The notes: a model not told the origin generated them from the sequence alone. DNA of 64,000 bases from Candidatus Methylomirabilia bacterium (GCA_046758965.1 JBHIBG010000008.1:2910-66909); one strand, 5' to 3'. Counted from the first letter of the stretch, positions 18,421 through 27,932 are shown. Numbers and translations: made by a program.

Positions 18421-18672
18421 ATGCCTGAGGAGAAGGTGATCGCTAGCTGGCGGTATCAGAAAGGGGTGCTGGATCCCAAGAGCGCCTCCCTCTGCTACCT
18501 CGCGGCGAACCTCGCTGCGGGAAACACCAACTGAGCGAAGCGCGACCTGGCAGGTGCCAGGGCCGCCGGCGCCTCCGAGGAGGAGATCCGGGAAGCCATC
18601 AGCTTCGCCATCCGGGCCAATGCCGCAAAGGCGCACAACGACATCCTGAAGGTCTGGGATGGCGAGCGATAG
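18421..18672 (+). CDS. AhpD/CMD-fold selenoprotein (83 aa, Sec at codon 38)
   Basis: Strong RBS (GGAGGAG) and ATG. The frame stays CMD-like across TGA 18532-18534 (LDPKSASLCYLAANLAAGNTN-U-AKRDLAGARAAGASEEEIREAI), and a SECIS-like hairpin follows. Confidence 0.85.
18546..18561 (+). promoter_or_regulatory. Bacterial SECIS element
   Basis: CCTGGC-AGGT-GCCAGG hairpin starting 11 nt after the UGA; the GCAGGT apex resembles the E. coli fdhF SECIS. Confidence 0.8.
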
Positions 18673-18681
18673 GGGGGATGC

Positions 18682-18999
18682 ATGGCAGAGATCAACCTCA
18701 CCGCAGCATTTTCCACCGTCCCGGCGGCAGAGGGTGAAGCGCTCAAGCAGATGCTGGTAGACACCATCGAGCAGTTGGCCCAGGAGGAGCGCAAGTTCAG
18801 CAGAGCCAAGGTCGTCTTCACCGAATCGGACGAGCGGTGCGGGCTCACCGCGGAGCTTGACGGCGTCAAGAAGGAGGGGATCCCTCTCCAGCTCGACCTG
18901 GACCTCATGGAAGATGCCAAGACCAACTCTGGGGCCCGTGCCCAGCTCAAAGAAGAGATCCGGCTCTACTTCCGGCGAGTCCAGGGCGAGGCTCAGTGA
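18682..18999 (+). CDS. Hypothetical protein (105 aa)
   Basis: RBS AGGGGGGA, coding-like composition, GTGA overlap with the next gene; no family recognised. Confidence 0.75.
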   Translation: MAEINLTAAFSTVPAAEGEALKQMLVDTIEQLAQEERKFSRAKVVFTESDERCGLTAELDGVKKEGIPLQLDLDLMEDAKTNSGARAQLKEEIRLYFRRVQGEAQ

Positions 19000-19712
19000 G
19001 AACCATGACGGGAGAGGACGGGCTCCTGCTCTACGTCTACCGGGGCCTCCTGTTCAAGGTGGCCGAGGGGGTGCAGGTGCCCAAGGCTGGCTCGCTCCAC
19101 TTCTGTCGCCACCTGGAATTCCATCCCGGGGAGGGCGTGCTGGAGTTGGGAACCGGCGTGGGCGTCGCCGCGGTCCTTGCCGCCAAGGCCGGGTGTCAGG
19201 TGGTCGCCACCGATATCGTTCCCCAGGCCGTTCGGTGCGCCCGGGAAAACGCGCTGCTGAACGGGGTCGGCGAGCGCGTGGAAGTCCTGCTCGGCGACTG
19301 CTATGACGCGGTGAGGGGGAAGAGCTTCGACCTCATCTGCAGCAATCCGCCCCAGATGCCAACCCCTGCCGGGCGGGATCGGGATGACTCCGTCGCCGCC
19401 GCGGACAATGGTGGAGTGGATGGCTGGGAGGTCCTGGACCGGGTCATTCAGGGCGCCCGGGCCCATCTGAACCCCGGCGGGCGGCTCGTCTTCACGATCT
19501 TCGCGTTCCTGGGACAGAAGGCGGCCTGCTCGAAGCTCGAGGCCGTAGGACTCAAGCCGAGCATTATCGCCGGCGAGGTGCAGGTCTTCCCGCGCATCGG
19601 CTACGAGCGGCTGGACCACATCCGGAGCCTGGACCGGGAGGGTGTGCTCCCGAAGACCGGCCTCCCCAAGACGGTCGAGCGCCTCGTGATCCAGGGCGAC
19701 AACGCGTCGTGA
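18996..19712 (+). CDS. Class I SAM-dependent methyltransferase, HemK/MTQ2-like
   Basis: VLELGTGVG motif I, ATDI, FDLICSNPPQ (NPP motif), GGVDG, HLNPGG. Confidence 0.88.
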   Translation: MRTMTGEDGLLLYVYRGLLFKVAEGVQVPKAGSLHFCRHLEFHPGEGVLELGTGVGVAAVLAAKAGCQVVATDIVPQAVRCARENALLNGVGERVEVLLGDCYDAVRGKSFDLICSNPPQMPTPAGRDRDDSVAAADNGGVDGWEVLDRVIQGARAHLNPGGRLVFTIFAFLGQKAACSKLEAVGLKPSIIAGEVQVFPRIGYERLDHIRSLDREGVLPKTGLPKTVERLVIQGDNAS

Positions 19713-20461
19713 AGCTCCTGATCGTCAACGCCGACGACTTCGGATTGACGGACGGAGTGAGTCGGGGGATTCTGGAGGCACATCGGAGGGGCGTCGTCAC
19801 CAGCACCTCGCTGCTCGTGAATCGGCCTCTGGATGTGGTGCTCCTGGCCCAGCTCAAGGCGTCCCGGCTCGGCGTGGGCCTTCATGTCAACCTCACTCTT
19901 GGTGCGCCGCTGTCGCGCCCGTCCACGGTGCCCTCGCTGGTGGGCTCCGAAGGGAAGTTCATCCGCGACGCCGGGCAGGTCGCGGCGCGGTCCAGACCGG
20001 ACGAGATCGAAACCGAGCTCAGGGCTCAGCTGACCGCCTTCATGACCCTCATGGGGCGTCTGCCCACCCACCTCGACAGCCACCACCACGTGGGCCGGCA
20101 CTCCCCGATCCGGGAGATCGTCCTCGGGGTGGGCAAGGAGCTCCGGGTTCCGATGCGAAGCCAGGATGAGGAAGTCCGACGCGCGGTGCGGGCGGCGGGG
20201 CTCAGGACGCCGGACCATTTCTTCGGGGAGTCCGGTCCCGACCCCTACTGGGCCACGGAGCGGACGCTCGCTCACCTCGCGGCGCTGCCCGACGGAGTCT
20301 CCGAGTTCATGACTCATCCCGGGTTCTATGATCAGGACCTCGCGTACAGCCGCTACGGCAAACAGCGCGAGGTGGAGCTCCAAGGGCTCACGGATCCCGC
20401 GGTCCGTCAGGCTGTCGAGCGCCACGGGGTCCGGCTCTGCCACTTCGGGGAGCTCGGGTGA
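19709..20461 (+). CDS. ChbG/YdjC-family carbohydrate deacetylase
   Basis: LIVNADDFG, GLHVNLT, PTHLDSHHH, EFMTHPG. Confidence 0.92.
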   Translation: MKLLIVNADDFGLTDGVSRGILEAHRRGVVTSTSLLVNRPLDVVLLAQLKASRLGVGLHVNLTLGAPLSRPSTVPSLVGSEGKFIRDAGQVAARSRPDEIETELRAQLTAFMTLMGRLPTHLDSHHHVGRHSPIREIVLGVGKELRVPMRSQDEEVRRAVRAAGLRTPDHFFGESGPDPYWATERTLAHLAALPDGVSEFMTHPGFYDQDLAYSRYGKQREVELQGLTDPAVRQAVERHGVRLCHFGELG

Positions 20462-21441
20462 GCCGCGAGGCGATCGTCAGCGTAGATGTCGGCGGCACCC
20501 TGATTGCCGGCGGTCTCGTGAGCCCTGAGGGGACGGTCTTGACCGAGGCCCAGGCCGGGACGCATGAGCGCGGGCCCGGGACTGCCCTGGTCACCCTCGA
20601 AGCGCTCCTGGATTCGCTGCTCTCGGCGGCGCCGCGGGAGGGCCTTCGCTTGCAGGGGATGGGCGTGGGGGTGCCCGGGGCCGTGGACGCCGACGAGGGG
20701 GTCGTGGGCGAGGATATCCAGAATGTCCCCGAACTGGCCTACGTGGCCCTCGCCGAGAGGCTCGAGGAACGCTTTGGCCTTGCCGCCTTCGTTGACAATG
20801 ACGTGAACGCCCAGGCACTCGGCGAGTGGCGGTTCGGAGCCGCGCGCGAAAGTAGGTCGCTGGTGCTCCTCTCCGTCGGCACCGGGGTCGGCGGAGGAAT
20901 CGTCCTGGATGGCAGACTGGTGCGGGGTGCGGCGGGCTACGGCGGCGAACTGGGCCACATTCCCGTGAAGTTCGACGGCCGTCCGTGCTTCTGCGGGGGG
21001 CAGGGCTGTCTCAAGGCCTACGTGGCCGGCCCGGACATCGCCGTCAACGCTCAGGAACGGCTGAAAAACGTGGCGGACTCTCGGTTGCTCGGGCTGGCCG
21101 GCGGCGACGCCCAAGCGGTCACGGCGGCCCATGTCTTCAGGGCCGCCGAGGCCGGGGATGCGCTGGCAGTCGCTCTGGTCGAGGAGGTCTGCCAGGCGCT
21201 GGGCGCGGGGCTCGGCGCCATCATCAACGGCCTCAACCCTGAGGTGCTGCTGGTCACGGGTGGGGTGGCGGAATCGCTCAAGCCCCTGGAGACCACGATT
21301 CGCCACTGGACGGAGCACTACACCTTTGCTCGCGCCCTCGGAGCCACCCGGCTCGAGGTGCTCTCCCTGGACAAGCGCGTGGCGCTCCGGGGAGGTGTTG
21401 CGCTCTTTCTGTACGAGATTGAGCGCCGGGCCAGAGCATGA
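20458..21441 (+). CDS. ROK-family sugar kinase
   Basis: VDVGGT, GVPG, DNDVNA, GTGVGGG, GELGH...CFCGGQGCL. Confidence 0.92.
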   Translation: MSREAIVSVDVGGTLIAGGLVSPEGTVLTEAQAGTHERGPGTALVTLEALLDSLLSAAPREGLRLQGMGVGVPGAVDADEGVVGEDIQNVPELAYVALAERLEERFGLAAFVDNDVNAQALGEWRFGAARESRSLVLLSVGTGVGGGIVLDGRLVRGAAGYGGELGHIPVKFDGRPCFCGGQGCLKAYVAGPDIAVNAQERLKNVADSRLLGLAGGDAQAVTAAHVFRAAEAGDALAVALVEEVCQALGAGLGAIINGLNPEVLLVTGGVAESLKPLETTIRHWTEHYTFARALGATRLEVLSLDKRVALRGGVALFLYEIERRARA

Positions 21442-21478
21442 GCAGAGTCAGTGGGACCATCGTTGCCGGAGGCCGCTC

Positions 21479-24340
21479 GTGACCGATCTCGAGCAGGATC
21501 TGCGCCGTGTCGTCGAAGGGGAGGTGCGCTTCGACAAGATGACGCGCCTCCTTTACTCTACGGACGCCAGCATCTACCAGGTGGAGCCCGTGGGAGTGGT
21601 GCTCCCACGCGATACCGGCGATGTCCAAGCGGTCGTCGAGATCGCCAACCGCCACGGCGCGCCGATCTTGCCCCGGGGCGGAGGCACCTCGCTGGCGGGG
21701 CAGGCCGTGAACCGGGCCATCGTGCTGGACTTCTCCCCTCACATGAGCCGGGTGCTGGAGGTGAGCGCTGAGGAGGGGTGGTGCCGGGTCGAGCCGGGTG
21801 TGGTGCAGGATGAGCTGAACGCTCATCTCAAGCCGTTGGGGTTGCTCTTCGGTCCGGACACCTCCACCTCGAACCGCGCGACCCTGGGGGGGATGATCGG
21901 CAACAACTCCGCCGGCGCCCACTCCATCGCCTATGGGCTCACGGTTCACCACGTCCTCGAGCTGACCGTGCTCCTGGCTGACGGAAGCAAAGTGGTGCTC
22001 AAGGACCTGGCGCCCGAGGCCCTCCAGGCCAAATGCCGCGGCGACGGCCTCGAAGGGCAGATCTACCGGGAGGTCGTCCGTCTGGTGGGAGAGCACCGGG
22101 AGGAGATCCTGGCCCGGTATCCGAAGATCATGCGTCGCGTCTCCGGCTACAACCTGAACGAGTTCGTCGCGGCCCGGCCGTTCAACCTGGCACGCCTGGT
22201 CGTCGGCTCCGAGGGGACCCTGGCCACGGTCGTCGAGGCCAAGGTGCGGGTGGTCCCGCACCCGAAACACACCGCGCTCGATGTGATCCACTATGCTGGC
22301 CTCCAGGAGGCGCTCGAGTCCTCCGAGGCGATCCTCGAGACCGGGCCCTACGCCATGGAGGTGAGCGACAAGCTGATCCTGGACCTGGCCCGGGGCAATC
22401 TCGAGCAGTCCCAGCGCATGGGCTTCGTTCAGGGTGACCCGGCGGCGATCATGATCGTCGAGTATGCCGGGGAGAGCGCGAGCGAGGTGCGCGCCAAGGT
22501 CGAGGCCCTGGAGCAGCGGCGCGCCCGGGCGCGGTTCGGCTACGCCGCCCACATCGCCTATGACGCCGCCGAGCAGCAGTCGATCTGGAAGCTCCGGAAG
22601 GCCGGACTCGGCCTGCTTCTGGGAATGAAAGGGGAGAAGAAGCCGATCGCGTTCGTCGAAGACACCGCTGTGGATCCAGCCAGGCTGGCCGCCTTCGTCC
22701 CCCGCTTCAGCGGGATCCTGGCCAAGCACGGGGCCCGGGCTGGGTACTACGGTCACTGCTCGGTCGGCTGCCTCCACATCCGGCCTCTGATCAACCTCAA
22801 GGAGGAGCGGGGCGTCCGTCAGATGGAGGCTATCGCCCGTGAGGTCGCTGAGCTGGTGCTGGAGTTCGGCGGCGCGCTCTCCGGGGAGCACGGCGACGGG
22901 CGGGCTCGGAGCCCCTTCAACGAGCGGCTCTTCGGCCCTCGCCTCTACGATGCCTTCCGCCAGGTCAAGCGCGCCTGGGATCCGAAAAGCGTAATGAACC
23001 CCGGCAACATCGTGGACGCGCCTGGGATGGCGGATGACCTCCGCTACGGCCCGGCCTACGGCGCCTGGGAGCCCCGGACGCTCCTGGACTTCTCGGGGCA
23101 GGGCGGCTTTGCCGCCGCTGTGGAGATGTGCAACGGGATCGGCGTCTGCCGGAAGAAGCTCGAGGGGACCATGTGTCCCTCCTACATGGCGACCCGGGAT
23201 GAGGAGCACTCGACACGCGGGCGGGCAAACGCGCTGCGGGCGGTGCTCTCGGGCCAGGTGCCGGCCGCGGAGTTCACAGGCAAGCGTCTCTACGAGGTCA
23301 TGGATCTCTGCCTCGAGTGCAAGGCGTGCAAGGCCGAGTGCCCGTCCAATGTGGACATGGCCAAGCTCAAGTATGAATTTCTGGCCCACTACCATGCGGC
23401 GAACGGGCTGCCGCTCCGGAACCGGTTCTTCGGGCGGATCGAGCGAACCTCCCGGATCGGCTCGCGCCTGGCCCCGCTCTCGAACTGGGTGGCCAACTCG
23501 GCGCTGAGCCGATGGCTGCTCGAGCGCGTCCTCGGGATTGACCGCAGACGCCCGCTGCCGCCGTTCGCGGCCGAGCCCTTCACCGAGTGGTTCAAGAGAC
23601 GCCGGGGGGGCGGAACGGGCGAGCGGGGGGAAGTCATCCTCTTCCACGACACCTTCGTCACCTACAACACCCCCCGCATCGGGGAAGCCGCGGTGAAGCT
23701 CCTCGAGGCGGCGGGCTACCGGGTGGGGCTCGTGGACAAGCAGTGCTGCGCTCGGCCGCTGATTTCGAAGGGGCTGCTCCGTGAGGCCCGGTCTCATGCG
23801 TCCTGGAACGTTGGACTGCTCGCCCCCTACGCGCGCCGCGGCATCCCCATCGTGGGGCTGGAGCCCTCGTGCCTCCTGACGCTCAGGGATGAATATGTGG
23901 ACTTTCTCAGGAGTGAGGACGCCGGAGCGGTGGCCCGCCAGAGCCTCCTCCTCGAAGAGTTCCTCCAGCGTGAGCGCGCCAACGGGCTCACGCTCGACTT
24001 CCGTGGCAACGGCCGCCAGGCCCTCCTCCATGGCCACTGCCACCAGAAGACGCTGGTCGGCACCGCCCCCACCGTGGCCATACTCCAGTGGGCCGGGTTT
24101 GACGTCCAGGAACTGGACTCGGGCTGCTGCGGGATGGCGGGGTCCTTCGGCTTCGAGCGCGAACACTACGAGCTTTCGATCTCCCTCGGCAATCGACGGC
24201 TTGTGCCTCAGGTGAAGGCGGCGGGAGCCGAGGTCGAGGTGGTGGCGCCGGGCATCTCCTGCCGCCAGCAGATCGAGCATCTGGCAGGGCGGCGGGCCAA
24301 GCATCCGGCGGAAGTTCTCTGGGAATCCCTCGGACGATGA
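21479..24340 (+). CDS. FAD-linked oxidase with 4Fe-4S and CCG domains (YdiJ/GlcD-GlcF fusion type)
   Basis: YSTDASIY, PRGGGTSLAGQ, SGEHGDG, CNGIGVC, CLECKACKAECP, HGHCHQ, GCCGMAG. GTG start after GGAGG. Confidence 0.92.
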   Translation: MTDLEQDLRRVVEGEVRFDKMTRLLYSTDASIYQVEPVGVVLPRDTGDVQAVVEIANRHGAPILPRGGGTSLAGQAVNRAIVLDFSPHMSRVLEVSAEEGWCRVEPGVVQDELNAHLKPLGLLFGPDTSTSNRATLGGMIGNNSAGAHSIAYGLTVHHVLELTVLLADGSKVVLKDLAPEALQAKCRGDGLEGQIYREVVRLVGEHREEILARYPKIMRRVSGYNLNEFVAARPFNLARLVVGSEGTLATVVEAKVRVVPHPKHTALDVIHYAGLQEALESSEAILETGPYAMEVSDKLILDLARGNLEQSQRMGFVQGDPAAIMIVEYAGESASEVRAKVEALEQRRARARFGYAAHIAYDAAEQQSIWKLRKAGLGLLLGMKGEKKPIAFVEDTAVDPARLAAFVPRFSGILAKHGARAGYYGHCSVGCLHIRPLINLKEERGVRQMEAIAREVAELVLEFGGALSGEHGDGRARSPFNERLFGPRLYDAFRQVKRAWDPKSVMNPGNIVDAPGMADDLRYGPAYGAWEPRTLLDFSGQGGFAAAVEMCNGIGVCRKKLEGTMCPSYMATRDEEHSTRGRANALRAVLSGQVPAAEFTGKRLYEVMDLCLECKACKAECPSNVDMAKLKYEFLAHYHAANGLPLRNRFFGRIERTSRIGSRLAPLSNWVANSALSRWLLERVLGIDRRRPLPPFAAEPFTEWFKRRRGGGTGERGEVILFHDTFVTYNTPRIGEAAVKLLEAAGYRVGLVDKQCCARPLISKGLLREARSHASWNVGLLAPYARRGIPIVGLEPSCLLTLRDEYVDFLRSEDAGAVARQSLLLEEFLQRERANGLTLDFRGNGRQALLHGHCHQKTLVGTAPTVAILQWAGFDVQELDSGCCGMAGSFGFEREHYELSISLGNRRLVPQVKAAGAEVEVVAPGISCRQQIEHLAGRRAKHPAEVLWESLGR

Positions 24341-24368
24341 TCCGGGGGGAGCCCCTCATTCCGAGGGC

Positions 24369-25106
24369 ATGGCCGCGCTCCTGAGCGTCTTGACGGTCCT
24401 CCTGGCCTCCTTCATCAAGGGGGCCATCGGCTTCGGCTTTCCGACTGTTGCGACTCCCGTCCTCGCTCTCTTTATGGACGTTAAGGCCGCGGTCGTGATC
24501 TTGATCCTTCCCAATCTGGTGATGGACGGGATCCTGGCTCTGCGCCGTCGCGGGCTCTCTCAGACCGTTCGCCGCCACGCCGTGCTGTACAGCTTCGGCG
24601 TCCTCGGGACCTTCGTGGGAACCTACCTCCTGAAGGTCATCGCCTCCAGGCTGGCGCTCTTGATTCTCGGCGGGCTGGTGATGACCTTCGTGGCGGTGAA
24701 TCTGAGCCGGATCACCTTCCGGGTGGAGCCGCGGTGGGAACGACTGCTGTCGGCGCCGGCCGGCTGTTTCGCCGGGGTGCTGGGAGGGGTCACCAACATC
24801 CCCGGCCTGCCACTCGTCCTCTATTTCTATGCGCTCGGGCTGGAGAAGGGAGAGTTCGTCCGCTCCCTGGCGCTGGGGTTCGTCGTCTACAAGGGGGCGC
24901 AGCTTGTGGCGGTGACCCAGGCCGGCCTCGTGACGCCTTCCCTCCTCGGCCTCTCAGTGGTGGTGACCGTGGTCGGGTTGGGCGTCTTCTGGCTCGGCCT
25001 CCGCGTCCAGGACCGGGTGGACCAGGCGACGTTCAGCCGGGCCGTGCTCGCCTTCCTGACCCTTGTCGGGGCCTTTCTGGTTTTCCGCGTGTTCTACGGG
25101 GCCTGA
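24369..25106 (+). CDS. TauE/SafE-family (sulfite exporter) membrane protein
   Basis: ASFIKGAIGFGF and AGVLGGVTNIPG repeats; about 8 hydrophobic segments. Confidence 0.85.
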   Translation: MAALLSVLTVLLASFIKGAIGFGFPTVATPVLALFMDVKAAVVILILPNLVMDGILALRRRGLSQTVRRHAVLYSFGVLGTFVGTYLLKVIASRLALLILGGLVMTFVAVNLSRITFRVEPRWERLLSAPAGCFAGVLGGVTNIPGLPLVLYFYALGLEKGEFVRSLALGFVVYKGAQLVAVTQAGLVTPSLLGLSVVVTVVGLGVFWLGLRVQDRVDQATFSRAVLAFLTLVGAFLVFRVFYGA

Positions 25107-25268
25107 GGCCTTTTGAGCGCCTGACCCTTCTTCGGCGTTCTTCCCTCGCAGTGTTGGTAGCAGACCACTGCCGGCGCGGAGGGAAGGTCTAGATAATCCT
25201 TACTCTTAGAAAGCTATGGACTGTGCAAGTGCCTCGGTGGGATCTCCGGACGTGCAGCCATTTTGGGC

Positions 25269-25297
25269 TTGACATGGTTGAACGGCCCGCTTATAAG
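25269..25297 (+). promoter_or_regulatory. Sigma70-type promoter of the ABC operon
   Basis: TTGACA-17 bp-TATAAG. Confidence 0.7.
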
Positions 25298-25415
25298 CAC
25301 TCTACAGCCCTTGGCCATGGTGAGAGGTTGAAGGGCCGGTGCGTCCTTGGATGCCGCTTCGACGCCTCGCCCAAGGGAGTGTCCATCACCGCCTAGTCCA
25401 AATGGAGGGTTGACC

Positions 25416-26663
25416 ATGAAGAGACTTATCGCCTCTCTCGTAGCTGCACTGTTCCTGGCCGGCCTTGTGCCAACGATGGCCATGGCAGGAGAAACGGTGG
25501 CCATCCGCCTCGGGGCCTTCTGGGTCATGAGCGGCATCTTCAAGAGCTTCGGCGTGAATTCCAAGGCGGTCTACAAGGCGTACGTGGACGAGCTCCACGC
25601 CAAAGGCGGCGTCAAGCTGAAGGACGGCCGCATTGGGCGTATCGAAACCACGTTCTACGACACGGCCTGCAACGCCGAGCAGGGTATCGCCATAACGCGG
25701 AAGATGGCCACGCGGGACAAGGTCTTGTTGGCGGTGGGACCCGTCTGCTCGAGCGTGTTGGAACCCATCTTCGGGACCCTGCAGAAGAAGCTCGATGATC
25801 CCAGCGACACGGGGCTCCAGTTCATGGTGTTCTCCGACACGTCGATCAAGACCGGGTTGGGGAAGATCTCGGCCTGGGGATTCCGAGCCTCGCCGGACGA
25901 GAACGCGATGTATCTGGATGTCATGAAGCATCTGAAGGCCCTCGGTTACAAGACCATCGCCTTCGGCTACGAAGATGACTTCGCCCACTCCACAGCCACC
26001 TACAAGAAGGTGATGCGCCCGCACGCGAAAAAGGTCGGCCTCGAGGTGGTGAGCGATCAGGCCTGGCATTTCACGGACACCGAGTTCAGCACTCAGGCCC
26101 GAAAGATCCGCGCGGCGAAGGCCGACGTCCTAGCCTTGTCATCGCATCCCTTCACGACCTGCGGCTTCATGCGGGAAGCGAAGCGGCAGCGGATCCGCTA
26201 CAAGCTGCTGCTCGGCCTGACCTCCTCGTCATCGATCGAAACTCTGCAGGGTTGCGCGAGAGAGGTCGAGGGGGTGATCATCCCCACGGCCTTCGCCCCT
26301 GTGAACCCCGAGGCGGTACGTATCGCGAAGCTGGTGAACAAATACGGCGGCTTCATGGACATTCACAGCGCGGCGGTCTGGGAAGTGATGGATGCGTTGG
26401 TCCAGGCCTTCGAAAACGTCGAGCTTGGGCTCAAGCCGGAGACGTTGCAGTCGGACCGGCGAAAGATTCGTGACTACGTGGCCAAGATTGGGAAGTGGCA
26501 GGGCCTCTTGGGGACGATCATCTCGAAAAACAATGAGCCCCAATCCCACGACGGCGACGTCAGCAAGCCCTGGCTGCTGGCCGAGGCCCAAGGCGGCAAG
26601 TGGGGGATCTACTGGCGGCCCAAGGTGCTAGGCGGTAAGGGCCCCCTCAAGGGCGCTGAATAA
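25416..26663 (+). CDS. ABC transporter substrate-binding protein (LivJ/K-like, periplasmic binding protein type 1)
   Basis: Signal peptide MKRLIASLVAALFLAG..., YDTACNAEQG, GPVCSS, TEFSTQARKI. RBS GGAGG. Confidence 0.88.
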   Translation: MKRLIASLVAALFLAGLVPTMAMAGETVAIRLGAFWVMSGIFKSFGVNSKAVYKAYVDELHAKGGVKLKDGRIGRIETTFYDTACNAEQGIAITRKMATRDKVLLAVGPVCSSVLEPIFGTLQKKLDDPSDTGLQFMVFSDTSIKTGLGKISAWGFRASPDENAMYLDVMKHLKALGYKTIAFGYEDDFAHSTATYKKVMRPHAKKVGLEVVSDQAWHFTDTEFSTQARKIRAAKADVLALSSHPFTTCGFMREAKRQRIRYKLLLGLTSSSSIETLQGCAREVEGVIIPTAFAPVNPEAVRIAKLVNKYGGFMDIHSAAVWEVMDALVQAFENVELGLKPETLQSDRRKIRDYVAKIGKWQGLLGTIISKNNEPQSHDGDVSKPWLLAEAQGGKWGIYWRPKVLGGKGPLKGAE

Positions 26664-26690
26664 GCCGCTGCTGTGAACCGTTCTTCCGTG

Positions 26691-26725
26691 TGCCCCTCGT
26701 CGCGGTTATTCCGCGGCGAGGGGCA
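26691..26725 (+). terminator. Strong stem-loop after the binding-protein gene (attenuating or mRNA-stabilising)
   Basis: TGCCCCTCGTCGCGG-TTATT-CCGCGGCGAGGGGCA: 15-bp stem with one G-U pair. Confidence 0.65.
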
Positions 26726-26999
26726 TTGGGGGCCGCCCAAGGGCAATCCCGGCTCTGACGGGACGCCTAGCGGCGACGGTCGCGGTACCCCGCCACTTCG
26801 GCTCGCCGATCCAGGCCTCGGCGACGGACGGCGGCCCCAACAACCTGGTCACTCCGACGGTCAATTGCGCCACCTGATCATCCGGGGGGCCATCCCCCGG
26901 ACCGGCATCGAGTGCCTCAGAGACCGACCACGGCATCCGACAGCGGCCGAAGCCCGGGCCGACGCCGCGGCCCCGAAGGCTGCGTGAGACAGTAGAGAG

Positions 27000-27878
27000 A
27001 TGCTTGAATCGCTCATCGATGGCTTTCTCTATGGCTTCAGCTACTCCCTGATCGGGATCGGCTTCACCCTCATCTTCGGCCTGATGCAGAAATTCAACCT
27101 CGCCTATGGCCCGACGGCGATCGCCGGGGCTTACCTCGGGTTGGCCGTGCATCGCCTCAGCGGCGAAGCCGTGCCGAGCTTCGTCCTGTTTGCCATTGCA
27201 GTGATCGGGGCCGGTGTCATCGGGTGGATCGTGTACCTCGCGTGTTTTCGCTTCCTCCCCGAGGGGTACGAACTGGCCCCGTTGATGAGCACGATGGGCA
27301 TGTTGATCCTGATCGAGGAGGTCCTCGCCCACGCAACCGATGCCCAGCCTTTCGAATTCCCAAACCCCATCATCTACGGGGCGTTCGAGTTTGCAGATGG
27401 CGACATCATTTTGCGCCACGATTATCTCGTGCTCGCTGGCATGGCTCTGCTGGTCCTGGGGCTGCTGTACTATGTCATCTTTCACACACCGCTCGGCCTG
27501 GCCACGCGAGCGGTCTCGGAGCAACCCGTGGCAGCCGAGCTGTGCGGGGCCGTGATCCACCGTGTCAACACCATGGTGTTTATCCTCTCCTCGGCCATCG
27601 GGGGCGCCACCGGCTTCATGGTCGCCATGACCGTCGGCGCCATCATTCCGGCCCTGGCCAGTCTGATGACCGTCAAAGGGCTGGTGGTGGCGGTCTTCGG
27701 AGGCTTGGGCAGTATCCCCGGGGCCCTTATCGCCGGCTTGGTGCTGGGCATGCTGGAAATGGAAACCAACTATCTGTTCGGCGTCACCATCCGCGACATG
27801 GTGGCGTACTTCGTCCTGTTTTCCGTGCTGGTCGTGCGCCCGGGGGGGTTGCTGGGCAAACAGGCCGTGTACCACTAA
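27000..27878 (+). CDS. Branched-chain amino acid ABC permease LivH-like (set 1)
   Basis: YSLIGIGFTLIFG...NLAYG, TPLGLATRAVSE, GGLGSIPGA. Confidence 0.9.
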   Translation: MLESLIDGFLYGFSYSLIGIGFTLIFGLMQKFNLAYGPTAIAGAYLGLAVHRLSGEAVPSFVLFAIAVIGAGVIGWIVYLACFRFLPEGYELAPLMSTMGMLILIEEVLAHATDAQPFEFPNPIIYGAFEFADGDIILRHDYLVLAGMALLVLGLLYYVIFHTPLGLATRAVSEQPVAAELCGAVIHRVNTMVFILSSAIGGATGFMVAMTVGAIIPALASLMTVKGLVVAVFGGLGSIPGALIAGLVLGMLEMETNYLFGVTIRDMVAYFVLFSVLVVRPGGLLGKQAVYH

Positions 27879-27932
27879 TGTGACCGCGCGGGTCTGGTCT
27901 TGCTCCCGCAGGGAGGAAGGCTTGGGGTCGTC

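Noticed and set aside
21278-24304. Very long antisense ORFs (1008 aa here; also 15932-18052, 5076-6740, 26706-28577, 1805-3046)
   Set aside because: They lie opposite well-supported genes, lack motifs, and are expected in high-GC DNA where stop codons are rare on the antisense frame.
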